Shown here one piece after another: positions 38,185-48,324 of a stretch of DNA of 64,000 nt (positions are counted from its first letter, which is position 1; each line of letters opens with the position of its first letter). Both the position numbers and the translations under genes were made by a program. The DNA lies in the NCBI GenBank assembly GCA_964291415.2, contig OZ219920.1, positions 1,024,001 to 1,088,000 of the forward strand. The letters run 5' to 3'. The notes below the pieces were generated by a model, which saw only the letters and a program-made list of their open reading frames with translations, was not told the DNA's origin and did no database searches. The stretch is from Alphaproteobacteria bacterium (GTDB taxonomy: Bacteria > Pseudomonadota > Alphaproteobacteria > SP197).

Positions 38185-38902
38185 CGGTCATCTCCTCTTC
38201 CGTTCCCGGCTCACGGTACATCCATTCTGCAATGTCGGTTCCGGGCAACCAGCACTGACAGACTATCATGCATCGGGTTGCGGCGAAGAGGTCGTTCATG
38301 CCGATATCGTCGGGCTGAAACATGGCGACTGGACCGGTCTCGGCCTGTCAACCCCGGCCGGCGAGGGCCGCACGATCGTCCAGGTGGTCCATACCCGGAT
38401 CGTCTCGCAACGATCGGGTTCTGACTCGGGAATGGACTGGACGCAGTTCGTCGTTGATCCAGGAGTCTCTATTGGTGCCGGAAGCCCTGGCCCGTCCCTG
38501 CCGTCCTGTCGGCAATTCGGTGCGTTCGGCCCGGTCGCCCAGGACACTCATGTCATCGTCCATCGGAATACGGCAGCGTGTGTGATGCCGAGCCGTCTGA
38601 ATCCACGTCATGTGCGGCATGTGCCCGCTCCCTCGGCATGTTCTTGACGCCATGGCAATACGGGGGCCTGGCGCCGAGTCGGATGGAGCCCGGGAAGCCG
38701 CAAGGGTCCGCGGTTGTGTCCGGCCCCGCAGCCTGACGATTGAGGGCAGACTCTCGATGAACATGGCCTCCCCTGGCACCGCAGGCGGGAGGGAGACGCT
38801 CATCGTCGTTGCCCTTGGTCCCCTGGAAGGCTATATGTCCCGGGTCGGGACGGTGCATCGCTGACGCCGTTTCATGGATTGACAGGGAAGGGAGACCTCA
38901 CC

Positions 38903-39139
38903 ATGGGTACCTTCAGCATTTGGCATTGGCTCATCGTGCTGGTCATCGTTCTGCTCCTCTTCGGACGCAACCGGATTCCCAAACTGGCCGGCGACCTTGC
39001 CAAGGGGATCAAGGAGTTCAAGTCGGGCATGAAGGACGAGTCGGAGCAGGCACGGAAATCCGCTGAATCCCCGACAACCATCGAGGGAACCGCCACGCCT
39101 GCGTCCGCCGAGAACGACAAGGACAAGACTGTCGCCTAG
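38903..39139 (+). CDS. tatA: Twin-arginine translocase TatA
   Basis: [35 protein letters not shown]. Confidence 0.96.
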   Translation: MGTFSIWHWLIVLVIVLLLFGRNRIPKLAGDLAKGIKEFKSGMKDESEQARKSAESPTTIEGTATPASAENDKDKTVA

Positions 39140-39162
39140 ACACTTGGTGAAGATAGCCGGAC

Positions 39163-39540
39163 ATGTTCGATCTCGGATGGTTCGAAATAGCGGTCGTCGG
39201 GGCGGTGTTGCTGGTTGTTGTTGGTCCCAAGGACCTGCCCAAGGTGCTGCGGACCGTCGGCGTATGGACCGGCAAGGCACGACGCATGGCGCGGGATTTC
39301 CAGAAGGCGCTGGACCAGTACGCCAAGGAAGCCGAACTCGATGACGTCAAGAAGGCCGTTGAGACACCACTGAAGGCGAAGAAGGCGGTTGCCGCGGCTG
39401 TTGATCCCACAGGCACCCTCAAGAAGGAACTCGAGGAAACGGGCCGCGAGATGCAGGAGAACATGACAGTCAGGGATGAGCCGGAGGCAACGGCCCAGGC
39501 GGCGCCGACTGAACGCGCCAGGGCTTCCGGCGACACGTAG
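39163..39540 (+). CDS. tatB: Twin-arginine translocase TatB
   Basis: MFDLGWFE...LVVVGPKDLP. Confidence 0.95.
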   Translation: MFDLGWFEIAVVGAVLLVVVGPKDLPKVLRTVGVWTGKARRMARDFQKALDQYAKEAELDDVKKAVETPLKAKKAVAAAVDPTGTLKKELEETGREMQENMTVRDEPEATAQAAPTERARASGDT

Positions 39541-39547
39541 AACGCCC

Positions 39548-40561
39548 TTGATCAAGGATATCGACAACACGAAGCTTCCGCTGCTGGAGCATCTCGTCGA
39601 ACTGCGCCGGCGCCTGGTGCGCAGCGCGGCGGTGGTGCTGCTTGCCTTCCTGCCATGCTTCTACTTTGCACCGGCGATCTACAACTTCCTCGCCCTGCCG
39701 CTCTACGATGCCTATGGACTGGCGCCGGTGGAGGAGACGGAGGAGGGGGAGGAGACGTGGGTCGAGCGCACCCTGCATGATGCCTGGATGCTGTTTTCCC
39801 CGTCACCGGACGAGGATGCTGCGCCTGCAGAGCCGGCAGGCGTCACCGAGGGCGCCACCATCGATCGCAGCGCCGATTCCGAGTACCCGCCACGGTTCAT
39901 CTTCACCAGTCCCCAGGAAGCCTTCCTGACCTATGTGAAGGTCGGTTTCTTCGTGTCCCTGTGTGTCTCGCTGCCGTTTCTAGTCTGGCAGCTTTGGGCG
40001 TTTGTGGCGCCCGGCCTCTATCGCCGGGAGAAGAAGCTGGTTCTGCCCTTCATGCTGGTGTTTCCCCTGCTCTTCACGCTCGGCGCGGCGATGGTCTACT
40101 ACGCCTTCTTTCCCGTTGCCCTGAGGTTCTTTCTCGGCTTTCAGCAGACCGGGGATTTCGGGCAGTTGCCCATTGTCATGGAAGTGCGGGTGAGCGAGTA
40201 CTTTTCTCTTCTCCTCAAACTCCTCTTCGCCTTCGGCATCAGTTTCCAGTTGCCCCTGGTCATGACTCTGGCAGCCCGAACCGGGATGGTGACGGCTGAA
40301 GGGCTGAAGGAAAAACGAAAGTACGCCATCGTCGCCGTCTTTGTGCTGGCGGCCGTGATCACGCCGCCCGATCCTTTCAGCCAGCTTGGCCTCGCCTTGC
40401 CGTTGATCCTGCTCTACGAAGTGTCGATCTGGTGTGCACGCTTCACCGAGCGGCGCAAGGCCGCAATCGAGGAAGCTGGCGATGAGGAAGAGGTTGAGGA
40501 GGAGGATGAGATGGACGACCCCCAGGCTTACGAGGAAACGGACTTCAATCCGGCGCGCTGA
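39548..40561 (+). CDS. tatC: Twin-arginine translocase TatC
   Basis: LPLLEHLVELRRRL, QLWAFVAPGLY..E, FG.SFQLP, ITPPD, LYEVSI; TTG start inferred. Confidence 0.95.
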   Translation: MIKDIDNTKLPLLEHLVELRRRLVRSAAVVLLAFLPCFYFAPAIYNFLALPLYDAYGLAPVEETEEGEETWVERTLHDAWMLFSPSPDEDAAPAEPAGVTEGATIDRSADSEYPPRFIFTSPQEAFLTYVKVGFFVSLCVSLPFLVWQLWAFVAPGLYRREKKLVLPFMLVFPLLFTLGAAMVYYAFFPVALRFFLGFQQTGDFGQLPIVMEVRVSEYFSLLLKLLFAFGISFQLPLVMTLAARTGMVTAEGLKEKRKYAIVAVFVLAAVITPPDPFSQLGLALPLILLYEVSIWCARFTERRKAAIEEAGDEEEVEEEDEMDDPQAYEETDFNPAR

Positions 40562-40593
40562 CCGTTCCGGCACGCACCGCAAGGTAGACCCGC

Positions 40594-41889
40594 ATGCACG
40601 ATCTTGTGTGGATTCGCGCCCATCCCCAGGCCTTTGATGCGGCCTGCGCGCGCCGTGGATTGCCTCCACAGGCGTCGCAGATACTCGACATGGACCGCAA
40701 GGTGCGGCACTCGAGAACCGGTGTCCAGGAGCTGCAGCATCGACGCAACGAACTGACACGCCTGATCAGCGAAGCGAAGCGTGGCGGCCGGGACGCAGCG
40801 GCAGAGATCGCGGAAGTCAGCAGCATCAAGCAGCAGATCGCGGACCTGGAGGCAACCGAGCGGGAGGATGCCGGAAAGCTCCGCAACGTGCTTGAGGCGA
40901 TCCCCAATGTGGTCGACGAAGCCGTTCCCGAGGGCGCTGACGAATCGGACAACGTCGAGATGCGCCGCTGGGGAAACATCCCCAACTTTGCCTTCGAGCC
41001 GAAGGACCACGTTGATCTCGGTGCCATTCTGGGCGGCATGGACTTTGAAGTCGCGGCGCGCCTTGCCGGTGCGCGTTTCGTGGTCCTTTCCGGTGCCATG
41101 GCCCGCCTTGAGCGGGCGCTTGCTTCCTTCATGCTCGACGTGCACACGCGGGAGTTCGGCTATGTCGAGGTCTCCGCGCCGCTGCTGGTGCGTCCCGAGA
41201 CCGCTTACGGCACCGGCAACCTTCCCAAGTTTGCCGGTGATCTCTTCCGAACCACCGACAACCGCTATCTCATTCCCACCGCGGAAATGACTCTCACGAA
41301 CCTGGTTCGCGAAACGATCGTGGACGAGGACACGCTTCCCCTGCGCTACACGTCACTTACCCCGTGTTTCCGGTCTGAGGCGGGGGCGGCGGGGCGAGAT
41401 ACCAGGGGCATGCTGCGCCAGCATCAGTTCTGGAAAGTGGAACTGGTTTCGGTGACCACGCCCGAGGAGTCCCCGGAGGAGCATCGACGCATGGCGGACT
41501 GTGCGGAGACCATCCTGCAACGCCTGGCATTGCCCTACCGTGTCGTCACCCTGGCTGCCGGAGACATTGGATTTGCAGCCCGCCTTACATGGGACCTCGA
41601 AGTGTGGCTGCCGGGGCAGGGAAGGTGGCGGGAAATCTCGAGTCTGTCGAACTGCGCCGATTTTCAGGCGCGCCGGATGGCTGCGCGCTGCCGAACCAGG
41701 GATACGCGCAAGACCCGATTTGTGCACACGCTCAATGGATCGGGTGTCGCGGTTGGCCGGGCGTTGATAGCCATCCTGGAGAATTATCAGAACGAGGACG
41801 GAAGCGTCTCCATTCCCGAGGTTCTGCGTCCATACCTGGGTGGCACCGAGCGCCTTCATCCCGGCGGAGCCACACCGGTCGACGGCTGA
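40594..41889 (+). CDS. serS: Serine--tRNA ligase
   Basis: LIPTAE, CFRSEAG.AGRDTRGMLRQHQF.KVE, REISS.SNC.DFQARR, HTLNGSG. Confidence 0.97.
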   Translation: MHDLVWIRAHPQAFDAACARRGLPPQASQILDMDRKVRHSRTGVQELQHRRNELTRLISEAKRGGRDAAAEIAEVSSIKQQIADLEATEREDAGKLRNVLEAIPNVVDEAVPEGADESDNVEMRRWGNIPNFAFEPKDHVDLGAILGGMDFEVAARLAGARFVVLSGAMARLERALASFMLDVHTREFGYVEVSAPLLVRPETAYGTGNLPKFAGDLFRTTDNRYLIPTAEMTLTNLVRETIVDEDTLPLRYTSLTPCFRSEAGAAGRDTRGMLRQHQFWKVELVSVTTPEESPEEHRRMADCAETILQRLALPYRVVTLAAGDIGFAARLTWDLEVWLPGQGRWREISSLSNCADFQARRMAARCRTRDTRKTRFVHTLNGSGVAVGRALIAILENYQNEDGSVSIPEVLRPYLGGTERLHPGGATPVDG

Positions 41890-41899
41890 CAGCACGGCG

Positions 41900-42520
41900 A
41901 TGCCCGCCTCGCGCCCGGAACTCCTCCAGGATCTCGTTTCGCTGGGCGTTCGTTCGTCCACGGTACTCGAGGCCATGGCGACGGTTCCCAGGGACCGGTT
42001 TGTGCGTCCTGACCTCATTGCCCATGCCTGGGAGAACATGGCGTTGCCGATCGACTGCCAGCAGACGATCAGTCAGCCTTTCGTCGTGGCGCTGATGTCC
42101 GAAAGACTGGCTCTCGAAGAGGATATGCGGGTTCTCGAAGTCGGAACCGGAAGTGGCTACCAGACTGCCATTCTGGCACAGTTGGCAGGACACGTGTGGA
42201 CGATCGAACGCCACGACACGCTGCTCGATCTGGCGATGGCCCGGTTTGCCGAACTGAACCTCGAGAACATCTCTTGCCGGTCGGGAGACGGCTCGACCGG
42301 CTGGCCGGAGGAGGCGCCCTTCGACAGGATCATGGTGACGGCCGCAGCGACCACCATGCCGCAGCCTCTGATCGACCAGCTCGTTCCTGGTGGTATCATG
42401 GTGGTGCCGGTTGGTAGAACGATCTTCGACCAGAAGCTCTACCATGTGCAACGCCTTGATTCGGGTCATGAATGTCATGCCTTTCTCGATGTCAGGTTCG
42501 TTCCGCTCGTCCATGGGTGA
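41900..42520 (+). CDS. pcm: Protein-L-isoaspartate O-methyltransferase
   Basis: QTISQP, VLEVGTGSGYQTA, PFDRIMVTAA, VRFVPL. Confidence 0.93.
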   Translation: MPASRPELLQDLVSLGVRSSTVLEAMATVPRDRFVRPDLIAHAWENMALPIDCQQTISQPFVVALMSERLALEEDMRVLEVGTGSGYQTAILAQLAGHVWTIERHDTLLDLAMARFAELNLENISCRSGDGSTGWPEEAPFDRIMVTAAATTMPQPLIDQLVPGGIMVVPVGRTIFDQKLYHVQRLDSGHECHAFLDVRFVPLVHG

Positions 42521-43469
42521 GCGGCCGTTCCCAGGGTTTGTGGCGTTCCTTTCCGCCGCTGTTCTGGTGGCATCCTGCGCCCAGATGCCGGCTCCGGTGC
42601 GTCACATTGACCAGGTCATGCCGCCGCTGCCAGGAACCCCGCCGGCCGGCAGGCTGGCATCCCTGCCTCCCCTTCCGACCGAAAAACCCCTTCCGCCAGA
42701 GGCGCCTGCTGCGCCGCCACAACCCGTCGTGGAGCCGGAAGAACAGGCCGCCGAGGATCTGATGGCGCGCATTGAGCGCATTCTTGGCGCTGCCCGGGAT
42801 GATGTGCCCCGCGAGGCGGTAATTCTGGAGACCGTGCCTTCGGACACGGGGCCGGTGACCATCTACACGGTGCGCCGCGGCGACACGTTGCTCGGCATAT
42901 CGCGCCACCTTGGTGTACGTTCACGCGAACTCGCCGAGATGAATGGCCTCGTCAAACCCTATCTTCTCGTGGAGGGACAGCAACTGACGGTGCCGCAGGC
43001 GGCCACGACGCCGTCCCGGGTGGCTGCAGCTGAGGTATCCATTCCCGAACCCGTGACGACGGCGATTCCCGAGCCCGCGCCCGGAGACGATCTGCAGTTC
43101 ATCTGGCCGGTCACAGGAACGCTCGTCTCGGGTTTTGGCCCCAAGGAGGGCGGTCTTCACAACGACGGTATCAACATCGCCGCACCAGCCGGAACGCCGG
43201 TGCGTGCCGCCGAGGACGGCGTTGTCTCGTACGTCGGTAACGAGATCAGGGGCTACGGCAACCTTGTGCTGTTGCGCCACACGGATGGCTGGGTCACGGC
43301 CTATGCCCACAACGCCCGCAATCTCGTCGCTCGTGGCCAGATGGTGTTGCGTGGTGACGTCATTGCCAGCGTCGGCGCCAGTGGTGGCATTTCCCAACCG
43401 CAGTCCCACTTCGAGCTGCGCCAGGGAACCACAGCTGTCAATCCGATCGAACACCTTGTCGAAGGCTGA
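42513..43469 (+). CDS. nlpD: LysM/M23 lipoprotein (NlpD-like)
   Basis: Lipobox LVASC, LysM YTVRRGDTL, M23 FIWPV..G, NDGINI, YAHN, HFELR. Confidence 0.88.
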   Translation: MGERPFPGFVAFLSAAVLVASCAQMPAPVRHIDQVMPPLPGTPPAGRLASLPPLPTEKPLPPEAPAAPPQPVVEPEEQAAEDLMARIERILGAARDDVPREAVILETVPSDTGPVTIYTVRRGDTLLGISRHLGVRSRELAEMNGLVKPYLLVEGQQLTVPQAATTPSRVAAAEVSIPEPVTTAIPEPAPGDDLQFIWPVTGTLVSGFGPKEGGLHNDGINIAAPAGTPVRAAEDGVVSYVGNEIRGYGNLVLLRHTDGWVTAYAHNARNLVARGQMVLRGDVIASVGASGGISQPQSHFELRQGTTAVNPIEHLVEG

Positions 43470-43485
43470 ACCACCGGTCACGTCT

Positions 43486-44358
43486 TCAGCCGGTCTCGAG
43501 GGTCCTCTCCATGCGGCCTGCCAGATCCTGGATGAACTGCCAGGCAACGCGACCGGACCGCGCTCCGCGTGTCATCTGCCACTCGATAGCGCGTGCGTGG
43601 AGCGCATCGTCCTCCACGTCCAGGCCGAAATGGTCCGCATATCCCTTGACCATGGCAAGGTAGGTGGGCTGGTCACACCCGTGGAAACCAAGCCACAGCC
43701 CGAACCGGTCGGAAAGCGACACCTTTTCCTCGACAGCCTCGGCCGGATGGATCGCGGTCGAGCGCTCGTTCTCCATGATGTCGCGAGGAGTCAGGTGACG
43801 CCGGTTGGACGTGGCATAGAAGAGCACGTTGTCCGGGCGTCCCTCGAGACCGCCCTCGAGCACTGCCTTGAGCGACTTGAGCGTGCTGTCATGGGCATCG
43901 AAGGAGAGATCGTCGCACATCAGGATGGCGCGCCGCTCCAGCCGTCGCATTCGCGAAAGCAGACGGTAGAGATGGGTGATGTCTTCCCGGTGTATCTCGA
44001 TGAGCGCCAGGGATCCCGGCTGTTCGGCGTGGACTTTGGCGTGGACGGCCTTGATGAGTGTCGACTTCCCCATGCCGCGGGCTCCCCACAGCAGAGCGTT
44101 GTTGGCGGGATAGCCTCTGGCAAACTGGCGCGTGTTCTCGAGCAGCGCATCCCTTGCGTGGTCAATGCCGTGCAGAAGGTCAAGCGGTACATGCTGGACG
44201 CGTTCAACCGCCTTGAGGGTGTCGGTCCCCGCGTGCCAGACAAACGCTTCGCTGCCCTGCGGAAGAGCCGTGACAGTGTTGTCCCCGGGGGCTGCAGCGG
44301 CGGTGCCGGCGATGCGTTCCAGCGCCTGTGCGATTCGGGCGAGTGCGGGATTCGTCAT
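43486..44358 (-). CDS. DUF815 family AAA+ ATP-binding protein
   Basis: LLWGARGMGKST, CDDLSF, YATSNRRHL, EEKVSLSDRFGLWLGF, RSGRVAWQF. Confidence 0.9.
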   Translation of the reverse strand: MTNPALARIAQALERIAGTAAAAPGDNTVTALPQGSEAFVWHAGTDTLKAVERVQHVPLDLLHGIDHARDALLENTRQFARGYPANNALLWGARGMGKSTLIKAVHAKVHAEQPGSLALIEIHREDITHLYRLLSRMRRLERRAILMCDDLSFDAHDSTLKSLKAVLEGGLEGRPDNVLFYATSNRRHLTPRDIMENERSTAIHPAEAVEEKVSLSDRFGLWLGFHGCDQPTYLAMVKGYADHFGLDVEDDALHARAIEWQMTRGARSGRVAWQFIQDLAGRMERTLETG

Positions 44359-44470
44359 GAAACGGGCAAGGCGGTCAGTCGGCGGTCATCATCGTGTTCC
44401 ACAGTACCCGGCAGTTTGCATTTGGTCATCCCCCGGCTATAGTCCGCCACCTTTCTCGCAGGATATCGAC

Positions 44471-44839
44471 ATGCCGATCACACACGCCTATGCACAGGGT
44501 GAAGCAGGTGCCGCCGGTTTCGATCCCTTCTTCCTCATTCTCATGGTCGCCATGTTCGGCGTCTTCTGGTTTTTCGTGTTCCGGCCACAGTCAAAGAAGG
44601 CCAAGCAGCACCAGGCCATGCTCAGTTCGATCAAGCGTGGAGATCAGGTGGTCACGAACGGTGGAATCATCGGAAATGTGACGCGCATCGAGGGAGACGG
44701 CGTTCTCATCGTCGAAATCGCCAAGGACGTCAGGGTGAAGTGTCGGCACTCGATGATCGCCGACGTCATGGCGAAGCCGGAACCCCGCCAGGCCGTGAAA
44801 GCGGATGAGGGGAATGCGGGCGACAACGGTGGCAGCTGA
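44471..44839 (+). CDS. yajC: Preprotein translocase subunit YajC
   Basis: TM plus FRPQ.KK, RGDQVVTNGGIIG. Confidence 0.93.
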   Translation: MPITHAYAQGEAGAAGFDPFFLILMVAMFGVFWFFVFRPQSKKAKQHQAMLSSIKRGDQVVTNGGIIGNVTRIEGDGVLIVEIAKDVRVKCRHSMIADVMAKPEPRQAVKADEGNAGDNGGS

Positions 44840-44850
44840 CGCGACCGACC

Positions 44851-46413
44851 ATGCGTTACTTTCCGTCCTGGAAGATCTGGATCGTCGTTATTGTCGGTGT
44901 TCTGGGTCTGGCCTTCGCCGCACCGAACCTGCTTTCACGTGACATTGCAAACGAACTGCCGACCTGGTTGCCGCACAAGCAGGTGAGTCTCGGACTTGAC
45001 CTTTCCGGCGGAGCACATCTCCTGTTGCAGATCGACGAGGCAGCCTGGCGGGAAGGGCGTCTCGCATGGCTCGAGGGCAATGTGCGGCGGACGCTGCGTG
45101 GTGAACGCATTGGTGTCAGAGTCACCGGAGGTGATGACAGTCACCGGCAGTTCACCCTGCGGAATGCCGACGATGCTGCGGCTGCTGCCGGCGAACTTGA
45201 AGGACTGGCGGACGATTTCACGATCACCGTCGATGAGAGCGGCACGATCACGGCGGCGTTCACCGAGGACGGCCTGGAGGCAGGTCTCAGCGATGCCATC
45301 GAGCGCACCCTGGAGGTGCTGCGCGGGCGCATTGATCCCGATGGTGTTCTGGAACCGGTCATCACCCGCCAGGGGCGGGACCGAATTCTGGTCCAGGTGC
45401 CGGGAGTCGACGACACGCGCGTGTTGCGCTCGCGCCTCGGTCAGACCGCCAAGCTGACGTTCCATCTCGTCGATCAGGATACGTCCGTTACCGCTGCCGA
45501 AGCCGGGCAACTCCCGGTCGGCTCGGTGCTCATGCCCAGTCGTGAACAGCCCGGACAGAACCACGTCCTGCGGGCGGAGATTCTCGTGACCGGGGAAAGT
45601 CTGGAGAGTGCCGCCGCAAGTTTCGATCAGGGTCGTCCGGTTGTCGCCTTCAGCTTTGACGGCGTGGGCGCCGCGCGGTTTTGCGATGTGACGACGGAGA
45701 ATGTCGGACGTCTGCTCGCCATTGTTCTCGATGGGGTCGTCATCAGTGCCCCGCGCATCAATGGGCCGATCTGCCAGGGAAGCGGTATCATCACCGGCTC
45801 CTTCACCGTGTTCGAGACGCAGGAACTGGCGTTGCTGTTGCGGGCTGGCGCATTGCCTGTTCCGCTCACGGTCGTCGAGGAGCGAACCGTTGGTCCCACC
45901 CTGGGCGCGGATTCGATTGAAGCTGGCAAGATTGCGGCGGCCGTCAGCTTCGCTGCCGTCATCGTCTTTATGGTTGCCTGCTATGGAATCCTGGGTGCCT
46001 TCGCCAACGTCGCGCTCATCACCAATCTCATTCTCCTCATGGGCCTGCTGTCACTGTTGCAGGCGACCCTCACCCTTCCCGGAATTGCCGGCATCGTCCT
46101 CACGGTCGGAATGGCGGTCGATGCGAACGTGCTGATCTTCGAGCGCATCCGCGAGGAACAGCGTCATGGGCGCACCATCCTCAATGCCGTCGAGACCGGT
46201 TTCAGGAGAGCCATGACGACCATACTCGATGCCAATATCACCACCGCCGTGGCGGCATTCCTGCTGTTCTTCCTTGGATCCGGGCCGGTCAGGGGATTTG
46301 GCGCCACACTGGCGATCGGCATTCTCACGTCGATGTTTACGGCGATGTTGCTGACGCGCCTTCTCACCCATCTTTGGCTCGCCCGGTTCCGGCCGAAGGC
46401 CCTGGGGATCTGA
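44851..46413 (+). CDS. secD: Protein translocase subunit SecD
   Basis: LGLDLSGG, RILVQVPG, LRAGALP, VGPTLG, GMAVDANVLIFERIREE, DANIT. Confidence 0.96.
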   Translation: MRYFPSWKIWIVVIVGVLGLAFAAPNLLSRDIANELPTWLPHKQVSLGLDLSGGAHLLLQIDEAAWREGRLAWLEGNVRRTLRGERIGVRVTGGDDSHRQFTLRNADDAAAAAGELEGLADDFTITVDESGTITAAFTEDGLEAGLSDAIERTLEVLRGRIDPDGVLEPVITRQGRDRILVQVPGVDDTRVLRSRLGQTAKLTFHLVDQDTSVTAAEAGQLPVGSVLMPSREQPGQNHVLRAEILVTGESLESAAASFDQGRPVVAFSFDGVGAARFCDVTTENVGRLLAIVLDGVVISAPRINGPICQGSGIITGSFTVFETQELALLLRAGALPVPLTVVEERTVGPTLGADSIEAGKIAAAVSFAAVIVFMVACYGILGAFANVALITNLILLMGLLSLLQATLTLPGIAGIVLTVGMAVDANVLIFERIREEQRHGRTILNAVETGFRRAMTTILDANITTAVAAFLLFFLGSGPVRGFGATLAIGILTSMFTAMLLTRLLTHLWLARFRPKALGI

Positions 46414-46416
46414 CCG

Positions 46417-47352
46417 ATGAAGCGGCTTCGCCTGGTCCCGACCGGTCTCAATCTGCCGTTCATGGACGTTCACCGGATTGCGGTGACCGTGTCCGTGGTT
46501 CTCTTCATCGGTTCGCTTGCCTTGCTGCTCCTTTCCGGACTGAACTTCGGCATCGACTTCAAGGGCGGCACCCTGATCGAGATCCGCACGCCGCATGCCG
46601 CCGATCTCGCAGCCGTGAGAAGTGAACTCAATGCTCTCGACGTCGGCAGCATCGCGTTGCAGGAGTTCGGTTCCGCCAGCGACGTGCTGATCCGTCTGCC
46701 CTTGCTGGCCGGCGATGAATCCGTTCAGCAGGCAGCCATCGACAGGATTCAGGCGACACTCAACGACATGTATCCGCAGATCGAGTACCGGCGCGTGGAG
46801 TTCGTGGGTCCGCAGGTTTCCGGCGAACTCATCGAGAAGGGTGCCCAGGCGGTTCTGGTCGCCCTTGTCCTCATGATGATCTACATCTGGTTCCGCTTCG
46901 AGTGGCAGTTCGGCGTCGGTGCCGTGCTCGCTCTCGCTCACGATGTCGGCCTCACCATCGGGGTGTTCAGTCTGACGCGCATCGAATTCGATCTGCCGGT
47001 CGTCGCCGCGCTGCTGACCATCGTCGGCTATTCGATGAACGACACGGTCGTTGTCTATGACCGCATCCGGGAGAATCTCCGCAAGTACAAGCAGGAATCG
47101 GTGCGCGGAGTCATTGACCGCTCGCTGAATGACACGTTGTCACGCACCGTCATGACAAGTGTCACGACGATGCTGGCTCTCGTCGCCCTGTGGCTGTTCG
47201 GCGGCGCGGTGATCGCCCCCTTTGTGCTGGCCATGATCTGGGGGGTCCTGATCGGCACCTATTCGTCCCTGTTTGTCGCTGCTCCGGTCCTGCTCTATCT
47301 CAGGCCGGTCCGGGTGAGCGACGAAAGGGAAGGACTGTCGGACACTCCCTGA
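46417..47352 (+). CDS. secF: Protein translocase subunit SecF
   Basis: GIDFKGG, VGPQVS, HDV, GYSMNDTVVVYDRIREN, GTYSS. Confidence 0.96.
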   Translation: MKRLRLVPTGLNLPFMDVHRIAVTVSVVLFIGSLALLLLSGLNFGIDFKGGTLIEIRTPHAADLAAVRSELNALDVGSIALQEFGSASDVLIRLPLLAGDESVQQAAIDRIQATLNDMYPQIEYRRVEFVGPQVSGELIEKGAQAVLVALVLMMIYIWFRFEWQFGVGAVLALAHDVGLTIGVFSLTRIEFDLPVVAALLTIVGYSMNDTVVVYDRIRENLRKYKQESVRGVIDRSLNDTLSRTVMTSVTTMLALVALWLFGGAVIAPFVLAMIWGVLIGTYSSLFVAAPVLLYLRPVRVSDEREGLSDTP

Positions 47353-47371
47353 TGCCCCGACGCTCGATGCA

Positions 47372-47743
47372 GTGGTGATGGGTGTGCCTGCCGCCACCCG
47401 CAATGTCATCACCAGCTATGGAGACGGCGGATTTCGCATCGGTGACCAGCGCCACGAGGGCTCCCTGATAGTCTTTCCCGATGCGGTGATGGCCTGGCCG
47501 GTGGCCGGCATGCCGGACGTGACGCCGGCGGCCCTGGCAGAGGTCGTGGCACGGTCTCTTCGTGTCGACATTCTACTGTTGGGCTGCGGGGAGGCATCGG
47601 ATTTGCCGCCCCGGGAGGTGCGCGAGTTTCTGCGCTCGCACGGCATTGTCGTGGATGCCATGACGACGGGCGCAGCCTGCCGCACCTACAACATTCTGAT
47701 GGCCGAGGAACGCCTCGTCGCGGCTGCCCTCATGGCCGTCTGA
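47372..47743 (+). CDS. Mth938-like / DUF498 (NDUFAF3 family) protein
   Basis: YGDGGF, LLLGCG, M.TGAACRTYNIL..E.R.VAAAL. Confidence 0.9.
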   Translation: MVMGVPAATRNVITSYGDGGFRIGDQRHEGSLIVFPDAVMAWPVAGMPDVTPAALAEVVARSLRVDILLLGCGEASDLPPREVREFLRSHGIVVDAMTTGAACRTYNILMAEERLVAAALMAV

Positions 47744-47748
47744 GATCA

Positions 47749-47784
47749 CGTCCCGGGAAGACGCCAGAGCGCCTTCCCGGGACG
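47749..47784. terminator. GC-rich hairpin between convergent genes
   Basis: CGTCCCGGGAAG-ACGC-CAGA-GCGC-CTTCCCGGGACG, 12-bp perfect outer stem; no clear U-tract. Confidence 0.55.
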
Positions 47785-47792
47785 GACGATTG

Positions 47793-48299
47793 TCAGAAGT
47801 ACCAGGGGTTCTGTGCCGACACCATGCAGAACAGCATGGGAATCGACAGCATGGTGTTGGTGCGTGAGAACAGCATGGCGGTGCGCGCCGAGGCTTTCTT
47901 GGCGTCATCGCTGGCATCGACCATGCCCAGCGCCCGCTTCTGATTCGGCCAGATGACGAACCAGACGTTGAACCACATGATGGTGCCCAGCCACATGCCG
48001 ATGCCGATTGCGGTGCTGGCGCCACCGTCGATGAAGCCGATGGCGATCGACTCGACGAAGTAGCCGTTGAGCATCGCCAGGATAAGACCGGTCACGATCG
48101 TTGCCATGGCGCCCCAGCGGAACCAGAACAATGCTGTTGGAGCGATGACCTTGCCGACCGCGGGCTTCTGGTCATCAGGGATCTTTGGCATGCTGGGGAT
48201 CTGCACGAAGTTGAAGTACCACAGCAGGCCAATCCACATGACGCCCGAAAGCACATGGAGCCAGCGGAACAGGAACGAAAGAAAGTCGAGTCCTTCCAT
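47793..48299 (-). CDS. DUF989 / urate hydroxylase PuuD-N-like membrane protein (no cytochrome c domain)
   Basis: FRWLHV..GVMWIGLLWYFNFVQ, WFRWGA, NVWFVIWPNQK, SRTNT.LSIPM; strong RBS GAGGAGG. Confidence 0.85.
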   Translation of the reverse strand: MEGLDFLSFLFRWLHVLSGVMWIGLLWYFNFVQIPSMPKIPDDQKPAVGKVIAPTALFWFRWGAMATIVTGLILAMLNGYFVESIAIGFIDGGASTAIGIGMWLGTIMWFNVWFVIWPNQKRALGMVDASDDAKKASARTAMLFSRTNTMLSIPMLFCMVSAQNPWYF

Positions 48300-48324
48300 G
48301 AGATGGTCCCTCCTCGCGGCGCGA

